From NCBI GenBank assembly GCA_050261575.1, contig JBLNDL010000005.1, positions 62,001-126,000 on the forward strand: a stretch of 64,000 bases of DNA, given 5' to 3'. Below the pieces are notes generated by a model. That model was not told the origin of the DNA and made no database searches. It saw nothing but the letters and a program-made list of their open reading frames with translations. This DNA is from Sphingomonadaceae bacterium. GTDB lineage: Bacteria > Chloroflexota > UBA6077. Below, in pieces: positions 51,440-61,040 of the stretch. The first letter of the stretch is position 1. Every line of letters starts with the position of its first letter. A program made the translations under genes and the position numbers.

Positions 51440-52531
51440 TTACTTGGCCTGCGCCTTGATCGCGTCGACCAAAGGCTTGGCATCCTGCTCCATCTTGTCC
51501 CAGAGAGCACCATACTCCTTGGAGCCGAGGAACTTCTGGGTCAGCCCCATCTCGTCTTGCTTCTTCTTGACCTCGGGGTCGTTGGCCGCCGCCCTGAAGG
51601 CATTCTCCAGGATGCTCACGATCTCCTGCGGGGTGTCCTTCTGGACGGAGTAGCCGCGAGGGATGTAGGAGGTCAGATCGATGCCCAATTCCTTCATGGT
51701 GGGGATGTTGGGCAGGAAGGGGCTGCGCTCGGTGTCCGCCACCGCCAGCGCTCGGACGTTGCCGCTCTTCGTCTGGGTGAACAGGTCGCCGATGTAGCCG
51801 GCCTGACCCTGGATGTGGCCGCCCAGCAGGGCGTTGGTCGCGTCCGCGGCGCCCTTATCGAACTGGACGATGTTGAACTTGGCGCCGGTCGCCTTCTCGA
51901 GCTGAAGCAGCATCAGGTGAGGGGCCGTCATGAGGCCGGTGGCGCCGATGGTGATCTCGCCGGGCTTCGCTTTGGCTGCCTCGACCAGCTCCTTCAGATC
52001 CTTGTAGGGGGTGTCGGCCTTGACCACGATGATCCCGGGGTCGAGCACCGGTGCCGCGATGGGGACGAAGCTCTGCCGGTTGTAGATCGCCTTCCTGTCC
52101 GGATCGAGGTAGTTGGTGAAGGTCGTCGGCAGGTTGGTCATGGCGATGGTGTAGCCGTCCGGCTTCGCCTTCACGAACTCCGTGTGGCCCAACTGCTGGT
52201 TCGCACCGGCCTTGTTCACCACCTCGACGTTGGTGCCCAGCGCCTTCTGCAGGGCCGGGATGAGGACGCGGGTGGACACGTCGCTGCCGCCGCCGGCGGA
52301 CACGGGGACGATGATGGTGATGGTCTTGCCCTTCTCGGGGTAGTTGACCTTGCTCGACGCGGCAGGTGCGGCGGTCGGCTGTGCCGCAGCGGGGGCCTTG
52401 GTGGGCTCCGCCGCCTTGGCGGGTTCGGGGGCCTTGGTGGGCGAGGCTGCGGGGGCCGCAGACGAGCAGCCGGCGATCGCCAGGCTCACGGCTGCCAAGA
52501 GAGCAACCAGGGGGACCAATAGACGCTTCAT
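51440..52531 (-). CDS. tctC: Tripartite tricarboxylate transporter substrate-binding lipoprotein (TctC/Bug)
   Basis: AAGGAGG SD; IAGC lipobox; YPEKGKTITIIVP..AGGGSD, VVNKAGA, AKPDGYT. Confidence 0.88.
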   Translation of the reverse strand: MKRLLVPLVALLAAVSLAIAGCSSAAPAASPTKAPEPAKAAEPTKAPAAAQPTAAPAASSKVNYPEKGKTITIIVPVSAGGGSDVSTRVLIPALQKALGTNVEVVNKAGANQQLGHTEFVKAKPDGYTIAMTNLPTTFTNYLDPDRKAIYNRQSFVPIAAPVLDPGIIVVKADTPYKDLKELVEAAKAKPGEITIGATGLMTAPHLMLLQLEKATGAKFNIVQFDKGAADATNALLGGHIQGQAGYIGDLFTQTKSGNVRALAVADTERSPFLPNIPTMKELGIDLTSYIPRGYSVQKDTPQEIVSILENAFRAAANDPEVKKKQDEMGLTQKFLGSKEYGALWDKMEQDAKPLVDAIKAQAK

Positions 52532-52976
52532 CTCTCCTCCTTGAGATTGTTGACCTCGATGGCAACGGGTCAGCCTGTAGCGGCTCCGAACAGACGCTGG
52601 GGTGTCCCGAACTCCCCTGCCCGGCGCTTGGGCGACGTGCGTGTCGCCAACACGCCACCCGGGGCCATCCTCAGGATGGTGGCTGCTCGACTCCGAAGAT
52701 CGATCCGAGTGGTGGCTTTCCAGCGCTGGCGTGGGAGCGGCGGGGACAGCGAAACCCAGGATCGCCCACGACCCAGGTTGACCGCTCCTCTGTCGCCATC
52801 CGGCGGGTAATGGTACACGCCTGAACGGAACGATGCAACCGAGGGCGCTTGGACGATGGTCCTTGAAGTGTACGGAGGGGGTGGCCGGCTTCGGCCACGC
52901 GGCGGGTACCCAACCTGGTGGCATTTCTGGCGACGACCGGAGCCGATACTCCGGCCCACTCTGCGAGCGACCGGTT

Positions 52977-53552
52977 CTACTTCGTCTCGGAAGGGCCTTC
53001 CTTGCCGCCCTTGCCCTTGTCCAGGTCGTCCATGTCCAGGGTCTCGATGAATTGGCGGAAGATGGAGAGCCTCTCGTCGTCGGCGCTTGGGCCCGGCTCG
53101 GCCTCGGCCTCCCCTTCGGTGAGGGCTTGCTCCTCCTCTCCCTCCTCCTCGGTGTCCAGCTTCATGCCCGCCTGATCCAGCACCGATTCGGCCACGTAGA
53201 TCGGCACCCCCAACCTCACCGCCAGGGCGATGGCGTCGCTGGGGCGCGAGTCTATCTCCAGGTGGCGACCATCGGCGTCCAGCACCAGCTTGGCGAAGAA
53301 GGTATCGTCGGCCAGGTCGTTGATGACCACGCTGAGGACCCTGGCGCCCAGGGCGGATATGACGGAGCGCAGCAGGTCGTGGGTCAGCGGCCGACTCACC
53401 TGCACGTTCTGCAAAGGGATCGCGATGGCGTCGGCCTCGAAGTGGCCAATCCAAATCGGGAGGTAACGGCCGTCCTGCTTCTCCTTGAGCATTACCACCC
53501 GCTTGTAGTTGGCCATGTTCACACGAATGCTCTCGACGAAGACCTCGATCAC
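52977..53552 (-). CDS. Bifunctional nuclease family protein (DUF151)
   Basis: YLPIWIG..EADAIA, RPLTHDL, DSRPSDAIALA. Confidence 0.93.
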   Translation of the reverse strand: MIEVFVESIRVNMANYKRVVMLKEKQDGRYLPIWIGHFEADAIAIPLQNVQVSRPLTHDLLRSVISALGARVLSVVINDLADDTFFAKLVLDADGRHLEIDSRPSDAIALAVRLGVPIYVAESVLDQAGMKLDTEEEGEEEQALTEGEAEAEPGPSADDERLSIFRQFIETLDMDDLDKGKGGKEGPSETK

Positions 53553-53739
53553 GCCTCTGTCTCCTTTGCCAGTTGTGCGGCTGCCACCGGCCGAGCAACA
53601 GGAGATAGCTTCTGTAGTCCGGGGAGCGCTATCATCTTCTCCCGTTGCCCATTCTACATCGTCGCTTGTCGATTGGCAAAGCTGGACGGCCCATAAGTGG
53701 TAGACCTCCAGTGCACGAACGGTGCCATTTGGCGCGACC

Positions 53740-53809
53740 AAGCAGGAATCCCTTGATAGAGTACACGTTTCCCGCCAGAGTAGTCGACATAAACCGGAGA
53801 TACCTGCTT
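53740..53809 (-). repeat. 70-bp MITE-like repeat, copy 5 (inverted)
   Basis: AAGCAGGAATCCC-TTGATAGAGTACACGTTTCCCGCCAGAGTAGTCGACATAAACCG-GAGATACCTGCTT; overlaps the stop of the tatA/B-like gene. Confidence 0.85.
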
Positions 53810-54356
53810 AGTCGCCCATCTCCTGCTGTGTGACGGACGTGGCCGTCTCCAGGGCGTGCCCCTCCTCCGCCTTGGGGGCGACCTTCCTGCTTCTCCGCGC
53901 GCGCGCGGCGGGCTTGGCCTCGGATTCGGCACCCTCTTCCGTGGCGGGCTTGGCCCTGCGAACCCTCCTCCGGCGCTCGACCGGCTCGGGGGAGACGACC
54001 TCAGTCTCCGGCTCGGGCTGGCTGGCCCCCTCGGCGATCGGTTCTGGTGCTGGGCCAGGCTCCCCTCCCACCTGCGTCGCCGTCGAAGCGGGCTCTCCGG
54101 TCTCGGCTGCCGGCGGTTGCGGCTCCTCAGCGACCGTGGCCGCGGTCGACGTCGTCTGGTGGGATTCCTCGGGGGGCGCTTCGAGCGAGAGCTCTCGGGT
54201 GAACTCCTGGGTAATGCTGTCGGAGGCCCTGCGGAATTCGCGTATGGCCTTACCGATGCCCGCTCCGATTTCGGGCAGTTTGCCCGGGCCGAACACGATG
54301 AGCGCCAGCAGCAGGATGACGAAGATCTCGCCGGGGCCGAGTCCAAGGAAGTTCAT
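53808..54356 (-). CDS. TatA/TatB-family subunit with long low-complexity tail
   Basis: [38 protein letters not shown]. Confidence 0.88.
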   Translation of the reverse strand: MNFLGLGPGEIFVILLLALIVFGPGKLPEIGAGIGKAIREFRRASDSITQEFTRELSLEAPPEESHQTTSTAATVAEEPQPPAAETGEPASTATQVGGEPGPAPEPIAEGASQPEPETEVVSPEPVERRRRVRRAKPATEEGAESEAKPAARARRSRKVAPKAEEGHALETATSVTQQEMGD

Positions 54357-54461
54357 AAGACCATCCTTTCGAGTTGAAGGCTGACACCGGCAACCGACGA
54401 GAGTGGCCGGCGAGTCCCAGAATGGATTATATCGCTGCTCAACAGGTTACACCAGTGTAAC

Positions 54462-55727
54462 TCAGTCCATCCGTGTGACTGCGCCTTGCTCGATGTGGAA
54501 GAGGGCCGCACGAGCCAGGAACTCCGGGGAGAAGGGCTCCATATCGGTGGCGGTGATCAGGGTCTGGCCGGAGGCATCGATCGTCTCCAGCAGCAGCCGC
54601 CGGCGGGCGGGGTCCAGCTCCGACATCACGTCGTCCAGCAGCAGGATGGGGCGCTCCCCGGAGGCTGCCTGCATGATCTCCACCTCGGAGAGCTTCAGAG
54701 CCAGTGCCACTGCGCGCTGTTCACCCCGGGAGCCGTAGACGTTCATGTCGATCCCGTCGGCCAGAAAGAGCAGATCGTCGCGGTGAGGCCCCACCAGGGA
54801 CATACCGTGGGCCACCTCCCGTTTCCGGTAGCGGCGAATGGCCTCCCTGAACAGCTCTGCCTGGCGCTCGACCTCCTCCGAGGGCTGAGGGCTGGGGGCT
54901 GAGGGCTGAGGGGCCTCGCCTGCGCTCAGTCCTGAGCCCTGAGTCCTCAGCCCTGTCTTGTCGCCGGCCTCCTCCACGCTGGATCGATAGACCACTCTCA
55001 ACCGCTTACCAGTCCCCGTCAGACGGCGGTGGTAGCTGTCTATCCGGTTGTTCAGCTCCTCCACGGTGTGGTTTCGGCGGGCCAGTAGGTAGGAGCCGCT
55101 CTTGACCAGCTCGTCGCTCCAGAAGTCGAGGGTCTCCGCGGGCTGGCGATTCTCCCGAATCTGCTTCAGCAGGTGGTTCCTCTGGACCACCACACGGTTG
55201 TACTGCTGCAATGCACGACAGTATCGGGGGTCCACCTGGCAGTTGCTGATGTCCAGGAAGCGGCGGCGGAGGGCCGGGGCCCCCGCGATCAGCCCCAGAT
55301 CCTGGGGGGAGAAGGTCACCACGGTGATCAGGCCGATCAGGTCCAGCGCACGTTTCACCACGCCGTTGACCTTGATCCGCTTGGAGAGTCCCCCCGGGAT
55401 GGTGCCCCCCTCTGCCAGGGCGGTGCCCGCACGCTCGGCCCTGTCGGCGCGGATCACGATCTCCACCTTCAACTCGCTGCCGCCCCTTCTCACCTCGCCG
55501 GCCACGCGGGCGAAGGGGAGGGGCTCCTCTGTGGCTCGCCAGTTGATCAACTCCCGATCGGAGCCAGCTCGGAGGGGGCGCGTGGTGGCAAGGAAGTAGA
55601 CGGCCTCGAGGAGGTTGCTCTTGCCCTGCCCGTTGTCTCCCTGGAACAGGACGACGGGAGCGGGCAGATCCAACTCTAGCTGGGGGTAGTTGCGAAAGTT
55701 GGTGAGCGAGAGATGATGTAGAAACAC
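54462..55727 (-). CDS. recF: DNA replication/repair protein RecF
   Basis: LTNFRNY, GDNGQGKSNLLEA, GPHRDDL, GSRGEQR, LLLDDVMSELD. Confidence 0.96.
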   Translation of the reverse strand: MFLHHLSLTNFRNYPQLELDLPAPVVLFQGDNGQGKSNLLEAVYFLATTRPLRAGSDRELINWRATEEPLPFARVAGEVRRGGSELKVEIVIRADRAERAGTALAEGGTIPGGLSKRIKVNGVVKRALDLIGLITVVTFSPQDLGLIAGAPALRRRFLDISNCQVDPRYCRALQQYNRVVVQRNHLLKQIRENRQPAETLDFWSDELVKSGSYLLARRNHTVEELNNRIDSYHRRLTGTGKRLRVVYRSSVEEAGDKTGLRTQGSGLSAGEAPQPSAPSPQPSEEVERQAELFREAIRRYRKREVAHGMSLVGPHRDDLLFLADGIDMNVYGSRGEQRAVALALKLSEVEIMQAASGERPILLLDDVMSELDPARRRLLLETIDASGQTLITATDMEPFSPEFLARAALFHIEQGAVTRMD

Positions 55728-55794
55728 CTCGAGTTGGCGTGATGCGGGGGCGGGAGTCGCTTCCCTCGTCCCGCGCCCCGCATCCAGCGCTTTC

Positions 55795-56934
55795 CTATCG
55801 GTTGGTGTGCATCGGCATGATGATGTGCAGGTAGTCCTCGCCTCCCACCGGCCGGAAGGTTCCGGGGCTGGAGGCCGAGGTCACCTCGATGGAGAGCTGG
55901 GAGCTCTTCTCCAGCGCCTTCAGCAGTTCGTCCAGGTAGCGGCTGTTGAACGCGATCTCGGGCGGCTGGCCCACGATGGCGGCGTCGATCTCGCCCACGT
56001 TGTCGCCCACCTCGGTGCTGGTGGCCGAGAGGGTCATCTTTCCGGCCGTCATCCCTTCCTCGCCTGGCGTGAACTGAAGCCGGACGATGTTGGAGTTGTC
56101 CCGAGCGAAGATGGCGGTGATGCGGTTCGCGTTCAGGAACTCGCCGGTGCTGACGACCACCTTGTTGGGGCTGGGCGCGGGGATGATCCGCTCGTAGGGC
56201 GGGAACTGCCCCTCGATCAGCCGGGACACCAGCTCCACGTTGCCCAGCCGGAAGAGCACCTGGTTCCGGTTGGGGGTCACGGAGATCTCCACCGGCTCCT
56301 CGCTGTCGGCGATGATCCGGCCCAGCTCCCGCAGCGCCCGGGCGGGGACCACGATGCTCACTTCCTCCTCCACCGAGGCGCCCAACGGGGCCTTCTTGAC
56401 CGCCATGCGGAAGCCGTCGGCAGCCACCATGGTCATCGTGCTGCCGCTGAAGATGACCAGAACGCCGGTGAGCACGGGTCGGCTGTCGTCGGTAGCGGCG
56501 GCGAACACCACCTGTCCAATGCTGTCGTGCAGGGTCACCGCGTCCACGAGGATCTTGAAGCCGTCGCCGGAGGCTGGCAGCGTGGGGAACTCCTCGGCGT
56601 CGATCCCCTTGATGTTCGCCTCGAAGCGGGCGCACCGGAGGTTGACGGTTCTGGTGCGTCGGGAGAGGGTGAGGTCGATCCGATCGTTGGGCAGCGAGCG
56701 CACGAACTCGGCCAGGAGGTTGGCGGGCACCGTGATGTCACCCTCCTCCTCTACCTTCGCCCCAATCCAGCAACTGATGGCCACCTCCAGGTTGGTGGCG
56801 GCCAGCTTCAGGCGCCCCTGATCGGTGGACAGAAGGACGTTGCTGAGAGCAGGCAGAGTGCTCTTGGCCGGAACGGCCCTGCTGACGATATTGAGTCCTT
56901 TATCCAGGTTCTCTTGAAGGCAAGAGAGCTTCAC
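55795..56934 (-). CDS. dnaN: DNA polymerase III beta clamp
   Basis: ATNLE, SRPVLTGV, ADGFRMA, SRLIEGQFPPY, IAFNSRYL, IIMPM. Confidence 0.97.
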   Translation of the reverse strand: MKLSCLQENLDKGLNIVSRAVPAKSTLPALSNVLLSTDQGRLKLAATNLEVAISCWIGAKVEEEGDITVPANLLAEFVRSLPNDRIDLTLSRRTRTVNLRCARFEANIKGIDAEEFPTLPASGDGFKILVDAVTLHDSIGQVVFAAATDDSRPVLTGVLVIFSGSTMTMVAADGFRMAVKKAPLGASVEEEVSIVVPARALRELGRIIADSEEPVEISVTPNRNQVLFRLGNVELVSRLIEGQFPPYERIIPAPSPNKVVVSTGEFLNANRITAIFARDNSNIVRLQFTPGEEGMTAGKMTLSATSTEVGDNVGEIDAAIVGQPPEIAFNSRYLDELLKALEKSSQLSIEVTSASSPGTFRPVGGEDYLHIIMPMHTNR

Positions 56935-56977
56935 CCTGCCCCACCTCCCATAGTTGTACGGCGCAATGGTGGAGGCA

Positions 56978-57006
56978 GTATACCGCAGGGCCGGAACTGC
57001 ATCAAG
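56978..57006 (-). promoter_or_regulatory. Sigma-70 promoter of dnaN-recF
   Basis: TTGATG-N17-TATACT. Confidence 0.6.
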
Positions 57007-57160
57007 GGTAACCGGTCAAGGACAGGCTAGGGGTGGTCCAGGGACCGCTGTCCCAGCCGTGGGGGACGATCGTCCCTTGGCTGAGGACACGCGACTTCTC
57101 TAAGCTGGCCAGGGAATCTAGCCCGCCTCGCCCGAGGCCTGTCGAAGGGGTTACACGACG

Positions 57161-58033
57161 GTGCCCGGATCCGAAGTCTCTCGTCTTGCGCAAGAGATCC
57201 GCACCTCCCTGGCCGGACTCCGGCGGACCTCGCCCTCGGCGGGTGGGATCGCCGCGGGCTTCTGGCAGGCGTGGCTGGACCGGGAACGGGCTGCCATCGA
57301 TGGCAACGATGGTCCCTCCCCCCCTCTCCCCTCCACGCCCTATCCACCGGCCGGCTTCTCCCTGGCGGACCTGCTGGAGTCCATCTTACCCGTGGCTCCC
57401 ACCCCGAGGTGGGTGGAGGCCATTGGGCGGTTGAGGGCGCTAGGGGATCGGCAAGCCGCCCCGGGGCTGGGGGCACGGCTCGGCCCGGGGCCGCCGGCGA
57501 GCCCCCCGCCCGCATCACCTTCCCAGGCAGGTCGCGATCCCAAGGCCCGGGCCACCACCGGCCTGGTGCCCAACCAGTTCGACCAGACCCTCACCCCGCA
57601 GGAGGCCAGAGCTGCCTGCGGTCCCGCGGCGGCCGTGGCTTTCGCTCGGGCCAGCGGCCGCGACCTCTCCCTGCGCCAGGCGGTGGAGCTGGCCAAAACG
57701 GTGGGGTGGACCCCGACGGGCGGGATGAACGGTGTGGCCAATCAGAAGCGCCTCCTGGACGCGATCGGTGTCCCGGCGAGGTTGGACACCTCGGGTGACT
57801 GGGACAGTATCGTGCGCGCCGCATCCTCCGGGATTCCCGTCACCATCAGCACCCCGGGCCACTACTTCGTGGCGGACGGCTACGATCCCAGGAGCGGCCG
57901 CTTCCACGTGGGGAGCAGCGGCACGGCCTACCGCAACGGCAAGGAGTGGATGACCCGGGAGGAGATCGAACGGATCGCCGGACCCCTCAACGGCGCCCTG
58001 GTGATGGAGACGCGGCGGACCTGGATGGCGTGA
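57161..58033 (+). CDS. Protein with C-terminal C39-like (papain-fold) peptidase domain
   Basis: NQFD...ACGPAAAVA...GHYFVADGYD; Pro-rich N-terminal half; start uncertain. Confidence 0.6.
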   Translation: MPGSEVSRLAQEIRTSLAGLRRTSPSAGGIAAGFWQAWLDRERAAIDGNDGPSPPLPSTPYPPAGFSLADLLESILPVAPTPRWVEAIGRLRALGDRQAAPGLGARLGPGPPASPPPASPSQAGRDPKARATTGLVPNQFDQTLTPQEARAACGPAAAVAFARASGRDLSLRQAVELAKTVGWTPTGGMNGVANQKRLLDAIGVPARLDTSGDWDSIVRAASSGIPVTISTPGHYFVADGYDPRSGRFHVGSSGTAYRNGKEWMTREEIERIAGPLNGALVMETRRTWMA

Positions 58034-58105
58034 AGCCCATGGCCCGATACGTGCGTTCGCCTTCACATAACCCTTGTCCTGGGCCGATGGAAGGAGGATG
58101 CGCGC

Positions 58106-58411
58106 ATGGTTACCGTTACGGCGGAGGCTAAGGATCTGCTGCAGGAGCTGTTGCGGCAGGCGGAACAACAGGGGGCACCAGTGGACGAGAACACTTCGAT
58201 CCGCCTGGCGCAGACGGCGCCCGTAGAGGGGCAGGAGGGGCAGGTCGGGTTGAGCCTGGTGCTGGATGAGCCCCACGAGGGCGATCAGGTGGTGGAGCAC
58301 GAGGGGAAGAAGATCCTCCTGGTCGATCCGGCCACCAGCGATCTCCTGCAGGGGGTTACCCTCGACGCCGTCGACACTCCCGATGGGCGGCGTCTAACCT
58401 TCCACCAGTAG
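58106..58411 (+). CDS. HesB/IscA-like small protein lacking cysteines
   Basis: AAGGAGG SD; MVTVTAEA..IRLA..LVLDEP..GDQVVEHEG..LLVD..TLD. Confidence 0.7.
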   Translation: MVTVTAEAKDLLQELLRQAEQQGAPVDENTSIRLAQTAPVEGQEGQVGLSLVLDEPHEGDQVVEHEGKKILLVDPATSDLLQGVTLDAVDTPDGRRLTFHQ

Positions 58412-58473
58412 GTCGCTCGTTTCCGGCGCAGCGACAGGGGTCTATCCCCTGCCGCTGCTCACCCGGAACCTAC

Positions 58474-59733
58474 TCAGTTCAGGATGACCACCTGGGTCGC
58501 GTTGCCACCCAGGCGGGCGGCCCACGCCACCACGTCGCCGTCGGCCAGCGATGGCTCCGTCAGCTCGAACAGGTAGGCGGAATCCGCCCACGTGAGGTTG
58601 ATGCAGCCCTGGCTCTCACGGGATCCGAAGAGATCGTGCCAGTAGGTGCCGTGGATGGCGTATCCTCCATCCTTGTAGTACTGAGTGAAGGGCACGTTGG
58701 GCAGGTCGTAGGGCCGTGCCGCGTTCTCCACGTTTCTGCTGGACATCCGATCTCCCAGGAACTTCCCAAAGGTGACGTAGCTGCCCTCGGGGGTCGCGAC
58801 GCCGGCCAGCCCCAGCGAGACGTAGGTGGTGAACCGCGGCTTGCCCGCCTCCACGAAGGTGAGGGTGGAGCGTGCCCGATCCACCACTATCCACGATCCA
58901 CCCGCGCCGCCCACAGGGGGCGGCGTCACGTTGGGCTGGGGATCCGGCAGCCGCGCGACGAGGGAGCTGTGAACTCGGGCCCCGGCGTAGCGGCCGCCGT
59001 CGATCCGGTACCACACTGGGTCGCCGCCTACCGCCTGACCCTGCTCCTCGGCCAGCACCTTCACGCGCTCGCTGCCGGAGAAGACGCCGACGATGGGTGA
59101 CCGGGTGCTTGGGGCCGCCCGGACGTTGGCTCGGGAGACGATCGTCCCCCACCAGCCGTTGGGGGCCTCCGAGGCGTCGGGCAGTTGCCACCAGCCGGCC
59201 CAGTCGCTGGTGGCCCAGCGCAGGGTGCCCAGCGGCAGGTAGCCCTCGGTGGTGGACCACCACACTCCGGTGTCACCCTCCAGGCCGGCCGAGACCCCCG
59301 TCACCCTCAGCAGATCCCCCTGCCGAACGGTGCGACGAACGCCGCTTGCCGTGAACGGCTTGGCGTAGATGGAGGCGGCGGGCGCGGATAGCTCGGCGGT
59401 CCAGGGGGTGAAGCTCTCCTGCACGTCGCCCGATGGGAGGTATCCGTCCGGGATCCTCAGCCAGGAGTCGCCGTCGGCGCCCACCTTCTCCTCCAGCACG
59501 ACGACGATGGCGCCCCTGCCCAGGGGGCCCACGACCGGCGCGGCGGGGTCGGGCCGAGTGCGGACCACCGTGCCGTCGGTGGCCACCCGGCCCTGCCAGG
59601 GCGGCCCCCAGCGGTCGGCGCTGGCCGTGCCCGTGCCCGCCAGGAGGCCGAGGGCTACGGCGAGCAGCGCGGCGGCTGCCAAAATGCGGGCGGGCCTCAG
59701 CCCGATGAAGATCGGTTTCAGGATGCGGCTCAT
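58474..59733 (-). CDS. Secreted L,D-transpeptidase (YkuD) with SH3-like domains
   Basis: Signal peptide; NVRAAPST SH3b-like; WIVVD, TPEGSY, AIHGTYWH..SQGCINL. Confidence 0.88.
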   Translation of the reverse strand: MSRILKPIFIGLRPARILAAAALLAVALGLLAGTGTASADRWGPPWQGRVATDGTVVRTRPDPAAPVVGPLGRGAIVVVLEEKVGADGDSWLRIPDGYLPSGDVQESFTPWTAELSAPAASIYAKPFTASGVRRTVRQGDLLRVTGVSAGLEGDTGVWWSTTEGYLPLGTLRWATSDWAGWWQLPDASEAPNGWWGTIVSRANVRAAPSTRSPIVGVFSGSERVKVLAEEQGQAVGGDPVWYRIDGGRYAGARVHSSLVARLPDPQPNVTPPPVGGAGGSWIVVDRARSTLTFVEAGKPRFTTYVSLGLAGVATPEGSYVTFGKFLGDRMSSRNVENAARPYDLPNVPFTQYYKDGGYAIHGTYWHDLFGSRESQGCINLTWADSAYLFELTEPSLADGDVVAWAARLGGNATQVVILN

Positions 59734-60010
59734 CGGGTCCTCCGAGTAGTGTGCTGCAGGTAGGGAAGCGGGTAGATGCAGTTTTCGGGCCGCGAATGGC
59801 GGGGCGGTGCCATCAGAAGAACTGAAGGACCTTTCCCTGCGAAGGCTCGTGCGGCACTTGCGTTGACATACCCTCGTACCTCGTATAATGTACGTGGCCG
59901 TCTGCTGCCAGCCATCAGCTATCAGCACTCAGCGTTCTGCATTCAGTACTCAGGGCTTCTCGTTGCCACTCTGCGCCGACCGTGGAAGCCCTGTCGTGAA
60001 GGAGGGCCTC

Positions 60011-61006
60011 TTGAAGACCGCCCTGATTACCGGCATCACGGGACAGGATGGGACCTACCTGGCCGAGTACCTGCTCCAGCAAGGCTACGAAGTCTACGGC
60101 CTGATTCGGGGTCAGAACAACCCGAAGCGGGAGATGCTCGAGGATCTCATCCCCGATATGCAGCTAGTGTTGGGCGACCTGCTGGACCAGGGATCCCTGG
60201 TCAGGGCGCTGGAGTACACGAAGCCGGACGAGGTGTACAACCTGGCCGCCATCTCCTTCGTGCCCCTCTCCTGGAACCAGGGTGAGCTGACCGGAGAGAT
60301 CACCGGCCTCGGAGTCCTGAGGATGCTGGAGGCGATCCGGATCGTCGGCGGCAGCGGCCGGCGCAACGGCAGCCGCAACAACCCGATCCGCTTCTACCAG
60401 GCCAGTTCCAGCGAGATGTTCGGGAAGGTGCGGGAGACGCCCCAGAACGAGAAGACCCCCTTCTATCCCCGCAGCCCCTACGGCGTCGCCAAGGTTTACG
60501 GCCACTACATTACGGTGAACTACCGTGAGAGCTACGACATCTTCGGCTGCAGCGGGATCCTCTTCAACCACGAGTCCCCCCGCCGGGGGCTGGAGTTCGT
60601 GACCCGCAAGATCTCCCACGGCGTCGCTCGCATCAAGCTGGGCAAGCAGAAGGAGCTGTTGCTGGGCAACCTGGACTCCAAGCGGGACTGGGGCTTCGCC
60701 GGTGACTACGTGAAGGCGATGCACCTGATGTTGCAGCAGCCCGAGCCGGACGACTACGTGGTGGGCACCGGCGAGTACCACAGCGTGGCGGAATTCGCCG
60801 AGATCGCCTTCTCCCACGTGGGGCTCAACTGGCACGACTACGTACGCACGGATCCCCGGTTCATGCGGCCGGCTGAGGTAGACCACCTGCTGGCCGACCC
60901 CACCAAGGCGAAGAAGAAGCTGGGCTGGGAGCCCACCGTCAGCTTCGAGGATCTGGTGAAGATGATGGTGGAGTCCGACCTGGAGTTGGAGCGGAACAAG
61001 GGGTAG
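60011..61006 (+). CDS. gmd: GDP-mannose 4,6-dehydratase
   Basis: [45 protein letters not shown]. Confidence 0.97.
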   Translation: MKTALITGITGQDGTYLAEYLLQQGYEVYGLIRGQNNPKREMLEDLIPDMQLVLGDLLDQGSLVRALEYTKPDEVYNLAAISFVPLSWNQGELTGEITGLGVLRMLEAIRIVGGSGRRNGSRNNPIRFYQASSSEMFGKVRETPQNEKTPFYPRSPYGVAKVYGHYITVNYRESYDIFGCSGILFNHESPRRGLEFVTRKISHGVARIKLGKQKELLLGNLDSKRDWGFAGDYVKAMHLMLQQPEPDDYVVGTGEYHSVAEFAEIAFSHVGLNWHDYVRTDPRFMRPAEVDHLLADPTKAKKKLGWEPTVSFEDLVKMMVESDLELERNKG

Positions 61007-61040
61007 GCGGCGCCGTCGAGCTCTCCGGGAGGTTAGGTGG

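Noticed and set aside
58590..58660. SQGC instead of SHGC in the L,D-transpeptidase
   Set aside because: Catalytic His (AIHG) and Cys are retained; minor variation
59863..59889. TTGACA...TATAAT upstream of gmd
   Set aside because: Spacer is only 15 bp; a promoter is plausible but not supported enough to call
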